Positions 1-10,201 of a stretch of 64,000 nt of DNA are shown piece after piece. Origin of the DNA: a virus (taxonomy: Duplodnaviria > Caudoviricetes); the IMG/VR virus record IMGVR_UViG_3300042558_004043, one strand, 5' to 3'. The notes under the pieces are model-generated. The model made no database searches, was not told the origin of the DNA, and saw nothing but the letters and a program-made list of their open reading frames with translations. The position numbers and the translations under genes are program-made. The first letter of the stretch is position 1, and each line of letters starts with the position of its first letter.

Positions 1-3000
1 TAAGCTGGTTAAATTACATCCCCACATACCAAATGACCTCAATTTAGTTAAATTATCTAATCCGAATGTATTAAATTCTAATGAGGGATTATTATTTCTC
101 AAAAGAAATAAGTCATTAAAATTAGGAGATATCGAAATACCATTAAGTCCCGCAATTGTACAATCTTCAAAACGCAATTGAAGTAAATTAGCCCAAGTTG
201 CAAATGTCCATTCATTAGGTATTATTTCAGATATTCTATAAAATCTACCAAATCTTAATTGACTTGTGTCAAATATACCAGCGTTTTGAAAATTTGCAAA
301 AGTGGCGGTAAAAGAACCGTTAGGGTAACTATGATTGTTTTGTGTGTCTGTAGCCGAGGTAGGACCCACCCCTTCAGTATCACCATCGCCCCAATCTATA
401 TAGTATTCTTTTGTGGATATGGACCAACTGAACCACGTATAATATTGTGATGGGCTAACTGGATTAATACCAGGTATGTTTTTGAATTGGAAATATGGTG
501 TTGAACCGGTAAAACTACGGCCAACACATTGGAATGATTGAGACGCTCCTTTAACACCTATAATACCAATATTTTGAGTTGTGCTTGCGGTATAAGGTTG
601 AACATAATTCACATTGTAAACATTACCATCACTTTGGTCTATAAAATAAAATTGATTATTAACTTGATATGCGGCGTTAGCGTCGGTAATATTTGGGGAA
701 GGTACCGATGGGCAAGACCCGCATCCTATTACAATGTCTGGAAAATCTCTAGTGTTTGTAATGTAATCGTATTGACTTATGTAGTAATAAGAGGGAGAAC
801 CCGGATTAGATTGTGTGAATATTACCTTTCCATTTGTTGAAACTAAAATATCACCTGTTACCGTGTTAGGTGTTAACACGCTACCTGGTAGGTCAAACAT
901 TGGTGTAAATGTTGATGTATTGTCTGGAGATAAATTTAAAGTAATTTTTATCATCCTATCTGGAGTACCTAACGGAGTCCGATTAGTTTCACTACAGATT
1001 AAAATATTAGTACTAATTGCAAATAGTCCTTTACCCATAAATCCGATACCTGATGGAAAAGAAATATCTCTATAAGTACCAAAGGTTAAAGGAGTTAATG
1101 ATAAAATGTCCCACTCTCTGAAGAATTGGGAACCACTTCCTTGACCACCATACATCCAAAATTTACCAGACAAAGTACCTGGATTCCAATAATGAGCAAT
1201 ATCTTCAGAATTAAAAAATCCTGGTATTACTATATTATATAAAGTATTTGCGCTGTGATTATAAAGAAAAAGTTGAGTTGATGTGTTAACAAATATAAAA
1301 CAATCATCTAAAATATTTGGTGGGATATATGGAGTTGTTGGTGTTGGTGTTGGTGTTGAGGTACTTGTTGGAGTTGGAGTTTGTGTTCTAGTTTGAGTTG
1401 GTGTTTGGGTAGGAGTTTGTGTGCTCGTTTGGGTAGGAGTTTGTGTGCTCGTTTGTGTTGGTGTTTGTGTATTTGTTGGCGTTTGTGTTGGAGTTGGAGT
1501 CTGTGTACTTGTTTGTGTTGGTGTTTGTGTACTTGTCGGTGTGGGTGTTGAGGTTGGAGTTGGTGTTGAGGTACATGGTGGGTAAAAAACACAAGATAAT
1601 GCACAAGGGTCAAATAAATATTCATTTGGGCATGTGTAACCACTTGACAAATATTGACCAGATAGATTCTGTATTATTGTTGCGGTTGACTCTCCACTAG
1701 AAGAGAATATTATATTAAGGTCAGAAACTAATGTTGCTCCTGTTAATTCATCAATTGTATTGTTATAAATTTCACACCCAAAAGCGGCGGCGTTACCTCT
1801 GTTAAGACCAAAAAGGTCAACTACGTGAGTACCTTGAGTTAAGTTTATTGGGTATACGTGCCACCATATAAATGACTGAACAACGTTATCGTATGGTCCG
1901 TTAAGCGTATTTACTATTGTGACACCATCAATGGATATTCTGAAATTATTATCCGCACCTAAACCAACCCAGTAAACTTTAGTTTCAGGAACAGTTACAC
2001 AAACGCTGAAACCTAGCCATGTATTAATAGGGAATTGAGTTAATGACCATACTGCACTTCTATTTAAAGGACCATCTTGAAGAGTAATTCTTTTCCAAAC
2101 TGGTTGAGTTGTTACTACCGCTAAATATATGTTATTCGGACTAGTACCGTCAAAATTATATGGGCTATGAAATAATGCCCCTTGATTTGAATACACATCA
2201 TTTTTTATTGGTACTAAATTTATAAGTGAAGAAGGAGGTGTTGCTCCTATTATTATTGGTACTCCACAGGGAGGAGTGGAGGTTGGGGTAGGACTCGATG
2301 TTGGTGTATTAGTTGAGGTATTAGTATTAGTCGGAGTTGTTGTTGATGTTGGAGTTTGTGTCTGAGTTTGAGTCGGAGTAGGACTTTTACTTGGAGTTTG
2401 GGTTTGGGTTTGACTTGGAGTTTGGGTTTGACTTGGAGTTTGAGTCGGAGTTTGGGTTTGACTTGATGTCGGTGAGGAAGTAGGTTCAGGACTCGCATTT
2501 GGAGTTTTAGTCTGACTAGTCGTTGGGGTATTTGTTGGAGTTTTACTAGTTGTCGGAGTTATTGTAGGTGTTTGAGATAAAGTAGAGGTTTGGGTTGGTG
2601 TCGAAGTTTGAGTAATACTTGGAGTTTGAGTACTTGTCTGTGTTGGAGTATTAGTTTGAGTAGATGTAGGTGTTGGAGTACTTGTCTGTGTAGGTGTTTG
2701 GGTTGGAGTTTTTGTTGGTGTTTGTGTTTGGGTTGGAGTTTTTGTTGGTGTTTGTGTTTGGGTTGGAGTTTTTGTTGGTGTTTGTGTTTGGGTTGGAGTC
2801 TGTGTGGGAGTTTCAGTCGGAGTTGGTGTCGGAGGGTCAATAGTTACGTTACAACCTAAACCATAACCATCAAAATAAACTTCATAGGTCCCGTATATAT
2901 AATCTGCGGTATATTCGTAAGGTAAAAATTGAGGACCTAAATTTATTGTGCCGCCAGTGTATGGGTAAAATATGACTTCACCTACTTGACCATTAAAATT

Positions 3001-3027
3001 ATTCGAACTTATTACAACTGTTGGCAC
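1..3027 (-). CDS. Large Thr/Pro-repeat putative virion surface/adhesion protein (>1009 aa, runs off left edge): TP linker, PA14-like beta-sandwich, TP linker, propeller-like domain, LRR-like stretch
   Basis: Not in the ORF track. GTG at 3027 (VPTVVISSNNF), and no in-frame stop was found down to position 1 when read by hand. Contains KVYWVGLGADNNFRISIDG (PA14-like) and LDNLTKLRSFGMWGCNLTSL (LRR-like). TATTTAT lies 15 nt upstream. Confidence 0.8.
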   Translation of the reverse strand, partial: MPTVVISSNNFNGQVGEVIFYPYTGGTINLGPQFLPYEYTADYIYGTYEVYFDGYGLGCNVTIDPPTPTPTETPTQTPTQTQTPTKTPTQTQTPTKTPTQTQTPTKTPTQTPTQTSTPTPTSTQTNTPTQTSTQTPSITQTSTPTQTSTLSQTPTITPTTSKTPTNTPTTSQTKTPNASPEPTSSPTSSQTQTPTQTPSQTQTPSQTQTQTPSKSPTPTQTQTQTPTSTTTPTNTNTSTNTPTSSPTPTSTPPCGVPIIIGATPPSSLINLVPIKNDVYSNQGALFHSPYNFDGTSPNNIYLAVVTTQPVWKRITLQDGPLNRSAVWSLTQFPINTWLGFSVCVTVPETKVYWVGLGADNNFRISIDGVTIVNTLNGPYDNVVQSFIWWHVYPINLTQGTHVVDLFGLNRGNAAAFGCEIYNNTIDELTGATLVSDLNIIFSSSGESTATIIQNLSGQYLSSGYTCPNEYLFDPCALSCVFYPPCTSTPTPTSTPTPTSTQTPTQTSTQTPTPTQTPTNTQTPTQTSTQTPTQTSTQTPTQTPTQTRTQTPTPTSTSTPTPTPTTPYIPPNILDDCFIFVNTSTQLFLYNHSANTLYNIVIPGFFNSEDIAHYWNPGTLSGKFWMYGGQGSGSQFFREWDILSLTPLTFGTYRDISFPSGIGFMGKGLFAISTNILICSETNRTPLGTPDRMIKITLNLSPDNTSTFTPMFDLPGSVLTPNTVTGDILVSTNGKVIFTQSNPGSPSYYYISQYDYITNTRDFPDIVIGCGSCPSVPSPNITDANAAYQVNNQFYFIDQSDGNVYNVNYVQPYTASTTQNIGIIGVKGASQSFQCVGRSFTGSTPYFQFKNIPGINPVSPSQYYTWFSWSISTKEYYIDWGDGDTEGVGPTSATDTQNNHSYPNGSFTATFANFQNAGIFDTSQLRFGRFYRISEIIPNEWTFATWANLLQLRFEDCTIAGLNGISISPNFNDLFLLRNNNPSLEFNTFGLDNLTKLRSFGMWGCNLTSL
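2701..2790. repeat. Exact 30-bp tandem repeat x3 in coding sequence (QTQTPTKTPT)
   Basis: ggttggagtttttgttggtgtttgtgtttg three times in a row. Confidence 0.95.
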
Positions 3028-3066
3028 TTTATTTTTTTTTAATAAATAGTTTTTAAAATGAAATTA

Positions 3067-6000
3067 TTATGGTATCGGGAATACTTGTGTTATACATGTG
3101 TAAACACTTGCTGCGTCAGGTGCTTGATAATTAAGAGGGTTATTAAAATACGTCTCTAAATTACCTATATATAAAATATTTGTAGGGTCGGAGGCCTGTA
3201 CTTGTATAACTCTACCAGTATAAGAAATTACATAATAAAAACCATTTTGATAGAATAAACCATCCGCAGACTCCATTATCCCACCCGAAATTGGAAAATA
3301 TGGAGTTATGTCGACCATTACCTCGACATTACCGACGTAATAATCATATTGAACTAAATATTTTTTTTGTTCTTCAACAGGTCTCTCAGTACTACAAGCT
3401 AAAGTAGCGATAAGTTTTTTAGGTGTTGTATCGGATACAACAAAATCAAATGTAAAAGTTCCACGGTTTGGATTACACGGGTTATTGGAAGTTCCAAACG
3501 GATTGTTATCGGTTGAAAATGGACCAATGTAACTAAATCTCAAAACCGCAGTTGATTGAGCATTACCACCATTAGGTATTGGACCTGGAGTTAGTTCCCA
3601 TATTTGGTTCGGAAAAAAGTTATTATTACCAACCACAACCAATTTATCAACACCTCCTTCTTTGAATGCCGCAAAACCTCTTTCCGCACTTATAGTTCCA
3701 TAGTAAAATATTTTACTAGGTGTTGCCGAGAACGGACATTGGTTATAGTTTATTTCACTAATAACTATTTGTGCTGGTAAAACGTTTTGAATTCTTTGAA
3801 TAACCCAAATCTTGGAGTCCGACATTGCAATATCATAAGATGGTTGGCCGAATACGTAAGAGTTATTAGGTATTGGTAATTCATAAGCAATAAGAGATGG
3901 GGCTTCCACCACGAATAATCTAATAAATAAATCAGAGTTAGATTGAAATGTTGGGTTCCACTTACCCGTTTTATATATCGACAAACAATTGTTTAAACAA
4001 ATTTCCTCAGGAATTTGTTGTATACTCAAGTCACAATTTAAATTTTCACTAGACGTTACTGTAGTTGTCGGAGTCGGAGTTAATGTTGGGTCAGGAGTTT
4101 TGGCCGGAGTCGATGTGTTAGTAGGGGTTGGAGTTGGGGAACTTGAAGATGTCGGCGTTTGAGTATTAGTTTGAGTAACCGTTGGAGTTATAGTTCTTGT
4201 TTGTGTTGGAGTTTGAGTCGGCTCAGGTGATACAAATGGTGTTTTTGTAACAGATGGTGTTGGTGTTTGTGTTGGAGTTTTTGTTTGAGTTTTTGTTGGT
4301 GTTTGTGTTTGTGTTTGACTCTTTGTCTGTGTTCTTGTAGGTGTTGGAGATGCTGTTTCAGTTGTAGTCGAGGTTTGACTCTTTGTCTGTGTTCTTGTAG
4401 GTGTTGGAGATTTGGTTTCAGTTCTTGTAGGTGTATTGGTAGGAGTTTCAGTTGGAGTTTCTCCTGGTGTTTTAGTTGGAGTTTTAGTATTAGTTGGAGT
4501 TTTAGTTTCTGTTTTACTTGGAGTGTTGGTTGGAGTATTTGTTGTAGTTTCACTTGGGGTAGGACTAGGTGATTTAGTTTGAGTTCTAGTGGGAGTCGGG
4601 GTTTTAGTTTTAGTTGGTGACGGAGTATTAGTCGGAGTTTCAGTTGGTGTTTCTCCAGGTGTTTTAGTTGGTGTTTTAGTATTAGTTGGAGTTTTTGTTT
4701 CAGTTTTACTCGGAGTATTTGTTGGGGTATTTGTTGGTGTTTCACTTTTAGTTTGTGTTGGACTTTTAGTTGGACTTGAGGTTTTAGTCGGGGTTTTAGT
4801 TTGAGTTGGAGATGGGGTATTAGTCGGAGTTTCACTTGGTGTCTGTGAAGGAGTCTTCGACGGAGTTTTAGTCGGAGTTGTAGTTTTAGTAGGGGTAGGA
4901 CTTTCAATAGGACAGTCTACGGTTAAAGTCCAAGCAGTGCCTTCTAAAGGGGCAACCACTTGTAAAATAACGATAGTAGGAGTTGATGCGGTTTTATCAA
5001 ATGTTACAGAGCCTATACCTGTACCTGAAATTGGAGGGTAACCATACGCGGCAAGTTGAGCATTAAATGACGGACTTCCCCTAAAACCGGTATCCACTAC
5101 TAAGTTACCATCCCAAAAAAGTCTAAACCAATCTGGCCTTGAAAACGCGTCAAAATTAAGAGTAATAGGACCGATGTCAGTACCACAATCAATTTCATAA
5201 AACCATTCTCCTCTTCCTCCGAAATTAACACTTAAACCTTCTCCACAGTCTGAATTACCGCTAAATTCTGCAAGTTGTGTTAATGTTGGAGTCAAACTTG
5301 GTGTTTGTGAACTAGTTTTGGTTAAAGTTGGACTTGGTGATTTTGAAGGAGTTACAGATGCCCTTGGGGTTCTACTCGGAGTCCTTGTTGGGGTGTTAGA
5401 AGGAGTTTTACTTGGAGTTACGGTTTGACTTTTCGTAGGTGTTTTTGATGGGGATGCGGTTTTTGTAGTGGTTGGACTCTTACTTGGTGTTCTTGTTACA
5501 CTTGAAGATGGTGTATTTGTTGGAGTTTCACTTGGACTTACACTTGGTGTTCTTGTATTTGTTGGAGTTTTTGTTGGAGTTTTACTCGGTGTTTTTGTTG
5601 GACATGATGGGTCTGGTGTTGATGGAGGGTCATTACTTGGTGTTTGAGTTACTGTTGGTGTTTGAGACTTTGTTGGTGTTTTTGTTGGTGTTTTTGTTGG
5701 TGTAGGTGTTACTACAGGAGTACTTGATTTAGTTGGAGTTTTAGTAGGAGTTTTTGTTTTGGTTGGAGTTGCAGTTTTAGTAGGAGTTCTACTAGGTGTC
5801 TTAGTAACAGTCGGAGTTTTGGTTGGGGTTGGAGTTTGTGTTGGCGTTCCGGTTGGAGTTTCAGATACACCAGGAGTATCAGGACAACAGTATTGTGTGG
5901 TACTACAAGTATTACCGGGTACCAAGTCATATTGGAATGTAGGGTAATCTTCAGTACCAAAAAATGGATTTTGTACCAAAGCACAAAACGTATACAAAAC

Positions 6001-6351
6001 ATTATTTACCGGGTCTAAACAATCCGATAAACAAATTGTAACTCGCCAAAGAGTATTATTCTGAGCATTTGAACCTAAAGTTACATATCGTGTTACTCCT
6101 GAACAACAATCATAGACTTCAAATACTTCTAATCCGTCAGCAAGTCTAAAAGTTTGACAAACATTATCCTCTAATTTTACACCGACTTCAGGATACTTTT
6201 CATACTTTGTTGGTAAAGTTATTGTTATAGGAGAGGAAGTTGTACCAGTAACGGTGGTAATCAATTCACAACCATCACCTTTCGTATCACATACAAATAT
6301 GTTAAATGGTGCGGTTACTCCTGATATGTCCGTTATTTTTACTGTTGCCAT
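3067..6351 (-). CDS. Thr/Pro-rich mucin-like putative virion structural protein, 1094 aa
   Basis: Cys-containing N-terminal module, two very long TP tracts, a central beta-rich domain (PDWFRLFWDGNLVVDTGFRG) and a C-terminal propeller-like domain. Confidence 0.75.
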   Translation of the reverse strand: MATVKITDISGVTAPFNIFVCDTKGDGCELITTVTGTTSSPITITLPTKYEKYPEVGVKLEDNVCQTFRLADGLEVFEVYDCCSGVTRYVTLGSNAQNNTLWRVTICLSDCLDPVNNVLYTFCALVQNPFFGTEDYPTFQYDLVPGNTCSTTQYCCPDTPGVSETPTGTPTQTPTPTKTPTVTKTPSRTPTKTATPTKTKTPTKTPTKSSTPVVTPTPTKTPTKTPTKSQTPTVTQTPSNDPPSTPDPSCPTKTPSKTPTKTPTNTRTPSVSPSETPTNTPSSSVTRTPSKSPTTTKTASPSKTPTKSQTVTPSKTPSNTPTRTPSRTPRASVTPSKSPSPTLTKTSSQTPSLTPTLTQLAEFSGNSDCGEGLSVNFGGRGEWFYEIDCGTDIGPITLNFDAFSRPDWFRLFWDGNLVVDTGFRGSPSFNAQLAAYGYPPISGTGIGSVTFDKTASTPTIVILQVVAPLEGTAWTLTVDCPIESPTPTKTTTPTKTPSKTPSQTPSETPTNTPSPTQTKTPTKTSSPTKSPTQTKSETPTNTPTNTPSKTETKTPTNTKTPTKTPGETPTETPTNTPSPTKTKTPTPTRTQTKSPSPTPSETTTNTPTNTPSKTETKTPTNTKTPTKTPGETPTETPTNTPTRTETKSPTPTRTQTKSQTSTTTETASPTPTRTQTKSQTQTQTPTKTQTKTPTQTPTPSVTKTPFVSPEPTQTPTQTRTITPTVTQTNTQTPTSSSSPTPTPTNTSTPAKTPDPTLTPTPTTTVTSSENLNCDLSIQQIPEEICLNNCLSIYKTGKWNPTFQSNSDLFIRLFVVEAPSLIAYELPIPNNSYVFGQPSYDIAMSDSKIWVIQRIQNVLPAQIVISEINYNQCPFSATPSKIFYYGTISAERGFAAFKEGGVDKLVVVGNNNFFPNQIWELTPGPIPNGGNAQSTAVLRFSYIGPFSTDNNPFGTSNNPCNPNRGTFTFDFVVSDTTPKKLIATLACSTERPVEEQKKYLVQYDYYVGNVEVMVDITPYFPISGGIMESADGLFYQNGFYYVISYTGRVIQVQASDPTNILYIGNLETYFNNPLNYQAPDAASVYTCITQVFPIP

Positions 6352-8996
6352 TAGCTACAAGATATTTGGTCTAAACAATTATTTGTTATGTTCGAAGAAC
6401 CTGAACTTCCGCCTTGTATTGTTTGACAAGCTTCTAAAATAACAGGTCCTGTAACCTCAGTACCTGCTTGACGACAAAAACAAGCTGTTGATGTTGAAGG
6501 TATACCGGTATTTGCGGGTACAGTAATTTGAGCCGGATTACCATCACAATCGGTATAAAAAGCGGTACTTTGGAATCCTGAAATTGTTTTAACTGCGGTA
6601 CATTGACAATTAGAAGTTGGTGAAGGACCACCTTCTGGGTTTGTACCACCTCCTGGATTTGTACCTTCAGTACCTCCACCAGAGCCTCCCGAAGATGAAT
6701 TAATAATTAAACCATCTTCTCCATAACATTGAACGATTTCGGTAATAAAACAATCTGTTACAGTCACAATATATACAAATTCAGGTTCTGATAAAATATT
6801 TACATTGCCTGGGGTCACAAAGTATTTACCATTAGTTATATCACAATCACAAGGATTGTTAACCACTTGAGAATATATTTGAGAGCCTATTGATAAACTA
6901 ATTACTCTTCTTGGGGTTGCACCAGCGGTTTGAGGATTTATTACCTCATTATATAAATCTGAATAAATATCACAAATTTCTTGGTTTGATAAACTATTGG
7001 TTATTATAGGTGGTGTTGTACCAAACGAGTTATAAAAATTTAATTGAATTAAATTAGTCGGAAGAGTACATGGAACGTCACCAATACATGCAGTACAATT
7101 AGTATAAAGAGTAGTACCGACTTCAGTAAAATAATTTCCTTGAAATACTACAATATCGTCAGTAGTATTTTGAGGTATTGAAGTTGATGTACCTTGATAT
7201 GACCAACAGTTGTTTAACGTAATATTATAGAATGTTTGTTGGACCACAGTTGTAAATCCGGGTGATGTTTGGTAAATATAGTTTTGTGGGCCAACTATAT
7301 CGTTACATAATTTATAAATATAGTAAGTAACTTGTGGTGTATACGGGATAAAAGATACATTAATACAACTTTGTATTTGTGAAGTACCTACGTCATTAAA
7401 TCCGAAGTTGAAATACTCTGTTATAGTATATGGATAAGTATTATCAATACTATGAACCAAACCATCTCCATCAATAATATACATTTGACCATTATCAACA
7501 AATAAACTTAAATGTAATAGACCTGGATAAACGTAAGAATATTGAGGTATTTGTATATCCACTTCAGGTGAACCACCCGAAGGGTAATTAAATTGGGAAA
7601 TAAATACGTCGTTATCAATATCCCTCGTAAAAAGTATTAGTTTATTGTTAGTTGTTAATATCAAATCCCCAGCAGGTATCCTATCAATTGGAAGGTCGAA
7701 TAAAAAATTAACGTTTGATGTGTCTATATTATTATTAGAATTTAAATTTATTCTCATAATTCTAATAGGTAGGTCGTTTGACCATCCTGAACTGTTGACA
7801 CTGTAGAGTTCCCAACTAAGTAGTGTAGTATCGTTAATCGCAAAAAGGCCATCACCAACACGGGCGAATGATGAAGTTATATTTATTTCTCTTACAAAGG
7901 TCGAAGAAAACGGACATGATGAAATATTATATTCTCTAATATTGTTAAAAACACTTGTGAAAACTTTGTTTGTGGTGTGAGCAATATCCCATCTTACACC
8001 AACATTAGAAAATGGTAATGGTTGGTAGGAGAATGAACCCAAGTCTAAAGTATATATTTGCTGAGAGTCAGAAGAAATATATATAACTGAACACAAAGGA
8101 AAACAAAGACCACCTGATGGAGTCACAGTGGGTGTTGGGGTTAAAGTAGGTGTAGGTGTCGGAGTTAGAGTGCCCGCATTAAAACATAAATTACATTGAC
8201 CTAAGTTTGAATAACCAATTGGACCAACCTGTAATGTTATTTGGTTTCCGGCTTGATTATTTGAATCTAAACCCAAATAAGTTACACATCTATAAACACC
8301 ATCAACTAATCCTTCAAATATCATAAATTGACTAAAATCACCACCTGATGGGTTAGTCACACTACTTGATGTTCTATAAATAAAACCGGTACTACAATCT
8401 TGGAATTGTCTACTTACTGGACAAGATATAACTGAATTGACTGTTGTAAATGTAACATCACCATTGAAACTACAACTAATTACTGGAGCTCTGTTTCTTT
8501 GTGCGACTGTTTTAGGTGTTGGAGTTATTGTAGGTGTTGGGGTTGGAGAAATATAAGAAACACTTGCGGAAACACCTATAAACGGACAAAAATTTGTAAT
8601 TGTGACGGATGGTGTTATGGTAGGAGTTCTTGTCATTGTCGGAGTTACCGACGGCGTGTTTGTAATATTTATGGCAAAAATTGCATCAAAACTTAAATTA
8701 CCGCAACCTATAGTCTGAGTTGGAGTTGGAGTTGCGCATACCGTTGCATTAACATATGATGTAGACAAATCAGGACAAAGGCCGCTATATGGGTATTTTC
8801 CTTGTAAAAAACATGAACCACCCAACGTGTCTGATAAACACCAAAGACTACCCGTAAAATATATGTAATATCCATTCGTACCCCCAACAAAATAATCTCT
8901 AAGATTATAAGTTCCTGATTGGGTATAGTTGTCATCAAGAGTTGAAAATCCTGTGTTACTTATACAATAATAATCATTAGCACAATATACCGCCAT
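6351..8996 (-). CDS. Cys-rich, Thr/Pro-linker putative virion structural protein, 881 aa
   Basis: Short TP tracts, many Cys-containing modules, and a propeller-like domain shared with its neighbours. Confidence 0.7.
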   Translation of the reverse strand: MAVYCANDYYCISNTGFSTLDDNYTQSGTYNLRDYFVGGTNGYYIYFTGSLWCLSDTLGGSCFLQGKYPYSGLCPDLSTSYVNATVCATPTPTQTIGCGNLSFDAIFAINITNTPSVTPTMTRTPTITPSVTITNFCPFIGVSASVSYISPTPTPTITPTPKTVAQRNRAPVISCSFNGDVTFTTVNSVISCPVSRQFQDCSTGFIYRTSSSVTNPSGGDFSQFMIFEGLVDGVYRCVTYLGLDSNNQAGNQITLQVGPIGYSNLGQCNLCFNAGTLTPTPTPTLTPTPTVTPSGGLCFPLCSVIYISSDSQQIYTLDLGSFSYQPLPFSNVGVRWDIAHTTNKVFTSVFNNIREYNISSCPFSSTFVREINITSSFARVGDGLFAINDTTLLSWELYSVNSSGWSNDLPIRIMRINLNSNNNIDTSNVNFLFDLPIDRIPAGDLILTTNNKLILFTRDIDNDVFISQFNYPSGGSPEVDIQIPQYSYVYPGLLHLSLFVDNGQMYIIDGDGLVHSIDNTYPYTITEYFNFGFNDVGTSQIQSCINVSFIPYTPQVTYYIYKLCNDIVGPQNYIYQTSPGFTTVVQQTFYNITLNNCWSYQGTSTSIPQNTTDDIVVFQGNYFTEVGTTLYTNCTACIGDVPCTLPTNLIQLNFYNSFGTTPPIITNSLSNQEICDIYSDLYNEVINPQTAGATPRRVISLSIGSQIYSQVVNNPCDCDITNGKYFVTPGNVNILSEPEFVYIVTVTDCFITEIVQCYGEDGLIINSSSGGSGGGTEGTNPGGGTNPEGGPSPTSNCQCTAVKTISGFQSTAFYTDCDGNPAQITVPANTGIPSTSTACFCRQAGTEVTGPVILEACQTIQGGSSGSSNITNNCLDQISCS

Positions 8997-8997
8997 T

Positions 8998-9213
8998 CTA
9001 CAGAGTTAAATTTGTTGAAGTCTCACATCCGTTATCATCAACAATTCTCAAATTAACATCAGGTAATTTCATGAAAATTTTAGGTATTTCAAATTCATAT
9101 GGTGCGGATGTTATTGTATCAATGTATATACAAGTGGTAATTGGATTATCACAAACGTAAACATTGAATGGTGAGGTACCTGAAACGTCATTTATAGTTA
9201 TGGCAACGGACAT
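8998..9213 (-). CDS. 71-aa protein homologous to the N-terminal module of the 1094-aa protein
   Basis: ITINDVSGTSPFNVYVCD versus VKITDISGVTAPFNIFVCD. Confidence 0.75.
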   Translation of the reverse strand: MSVAITINDVSGTSPFNVYVCDNPITTCIYIDTITSAPYEFEIPKIFMKLPDVNLRIVDDNGCETSTNLTL

Positions 9214-9297
9214 TACTTATTTTTATTTCAATAAATATAATACCGACCCAAAACTTGTGAAGTTGACATCAACTAATTTGTACCTTATTTTTACCTG

Positions 9298-10200
9298 ATG
9301 TCCGATGAAAAAGAAATATTGGTTGAATTACTCCGAGAAATTCTTGGAGATGAAAAGATGCACTATGAACACAGAGGACAAATATCATTCAACTGTCCCC
9401 TCTGCGACGAGGACAGAAACAAGGGTAATTTAGAGGTAAACTATCTTCAACACGTATATAAATGTTGGAGTTGTTCTGAAACCAACGGCATGCACGGGCC
9501 GCTTGGAAAACTAATCGACAACTACGGAAACAAGAAACATAAAAAGGTTTATAAACTTTTTCAACCCGAAGATTTAAAACCTAAGGAGAAACCAAAACAA
9601 AAGTTAAGGTTACCTGAAAGTTTTGTTTTATTTAAAGATTCAAACCCAGTCTATCCGGTATATAAACAAGCATACAACTACCTGAAAAACAGAGGAATAA
9701 CCGATGAGATTATTGAAAGATATTCAATAGGGTTTTGTGATAACGGAAGTCATGCTGGTAGGATTATTGTACCATCATATGATATTGAGGGTGAATTGAA
9801 TTATTATATTGCAAGGAGTTGGGACCCAAAGTCACGAGCCAAATACAAAAATCCCCAAGCTGAAAAGGATAAGATAATCTTTAACCAACATTTAATTGAT
9901 TGGAAAAAGGATGTTTATCTTGTTGAGGGGGTGTTTGATGGATTCTTTTTACCAAATAGTATTCCGATGCTTGGTAAACATATGTCAGAGTTATTGTTTA
10001 ATACCTTATACGATAAGGTTAATAATAATATAATAATAGCTCTTGATGGTGACGCATGGGACAATGCTGTTAAATTGTACCGTGAGTTAAATGGGGGTAA
10101 ATTATACGGAAAAATAAAAATTATTCATCTACCCAAAGATAAGGACGTATGTGATTTGAGGGGACAGATAGATGAATATTATGTACAAATAAAGGATTAA
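9298..10200 (+). CDS. DNA primase (Zn finger + TOPRIM)
   Basis: CPLC...CWSC zinc finger; VYLVEGVFD and IALDGD TOPRIM motifs. Confidence 0.85.
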   Translation: MSDEKEILVELLREILGDEKMHYEHRGQISFNCPLCDEDRNKGNLEVNYLQHVYKCWSCSETNGMHGPLGKLIDNYGNKKHKKVYKLFQPEDLKPKEKPKQKLRLPESFVLFKDSNPVYPVYKQAYNYLKNRGITDEIIERYSIGFCDNGSHAGRIIVPSYDIEGELNYYIARSWDPKSRAKYKNPQAEKDKIIFNQHLIDWKKDVYLVEGVFDGFFLPNSIPMLGKHMSELLFNTLYDKVNNNIIIALDGDAWDNAVKLYRELNGGKLYGKIKIIHLPKDKDVCDLRGQIDEYYVQIKD

Positions 10201-10201
10201 T

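Noticed and set aside
2701-2790. Direct repeats resembling a CRISPR array
   Set aside because: No spacers; in-frame coding repeats
259-6018. Many track ORFs overlapping the Thr/Pro genes (His/Gln/Lys- or Val/Gly/Leu-rich)
   Set aside because: Alternative-frame and antisense shadows of low-complexity coding repeats
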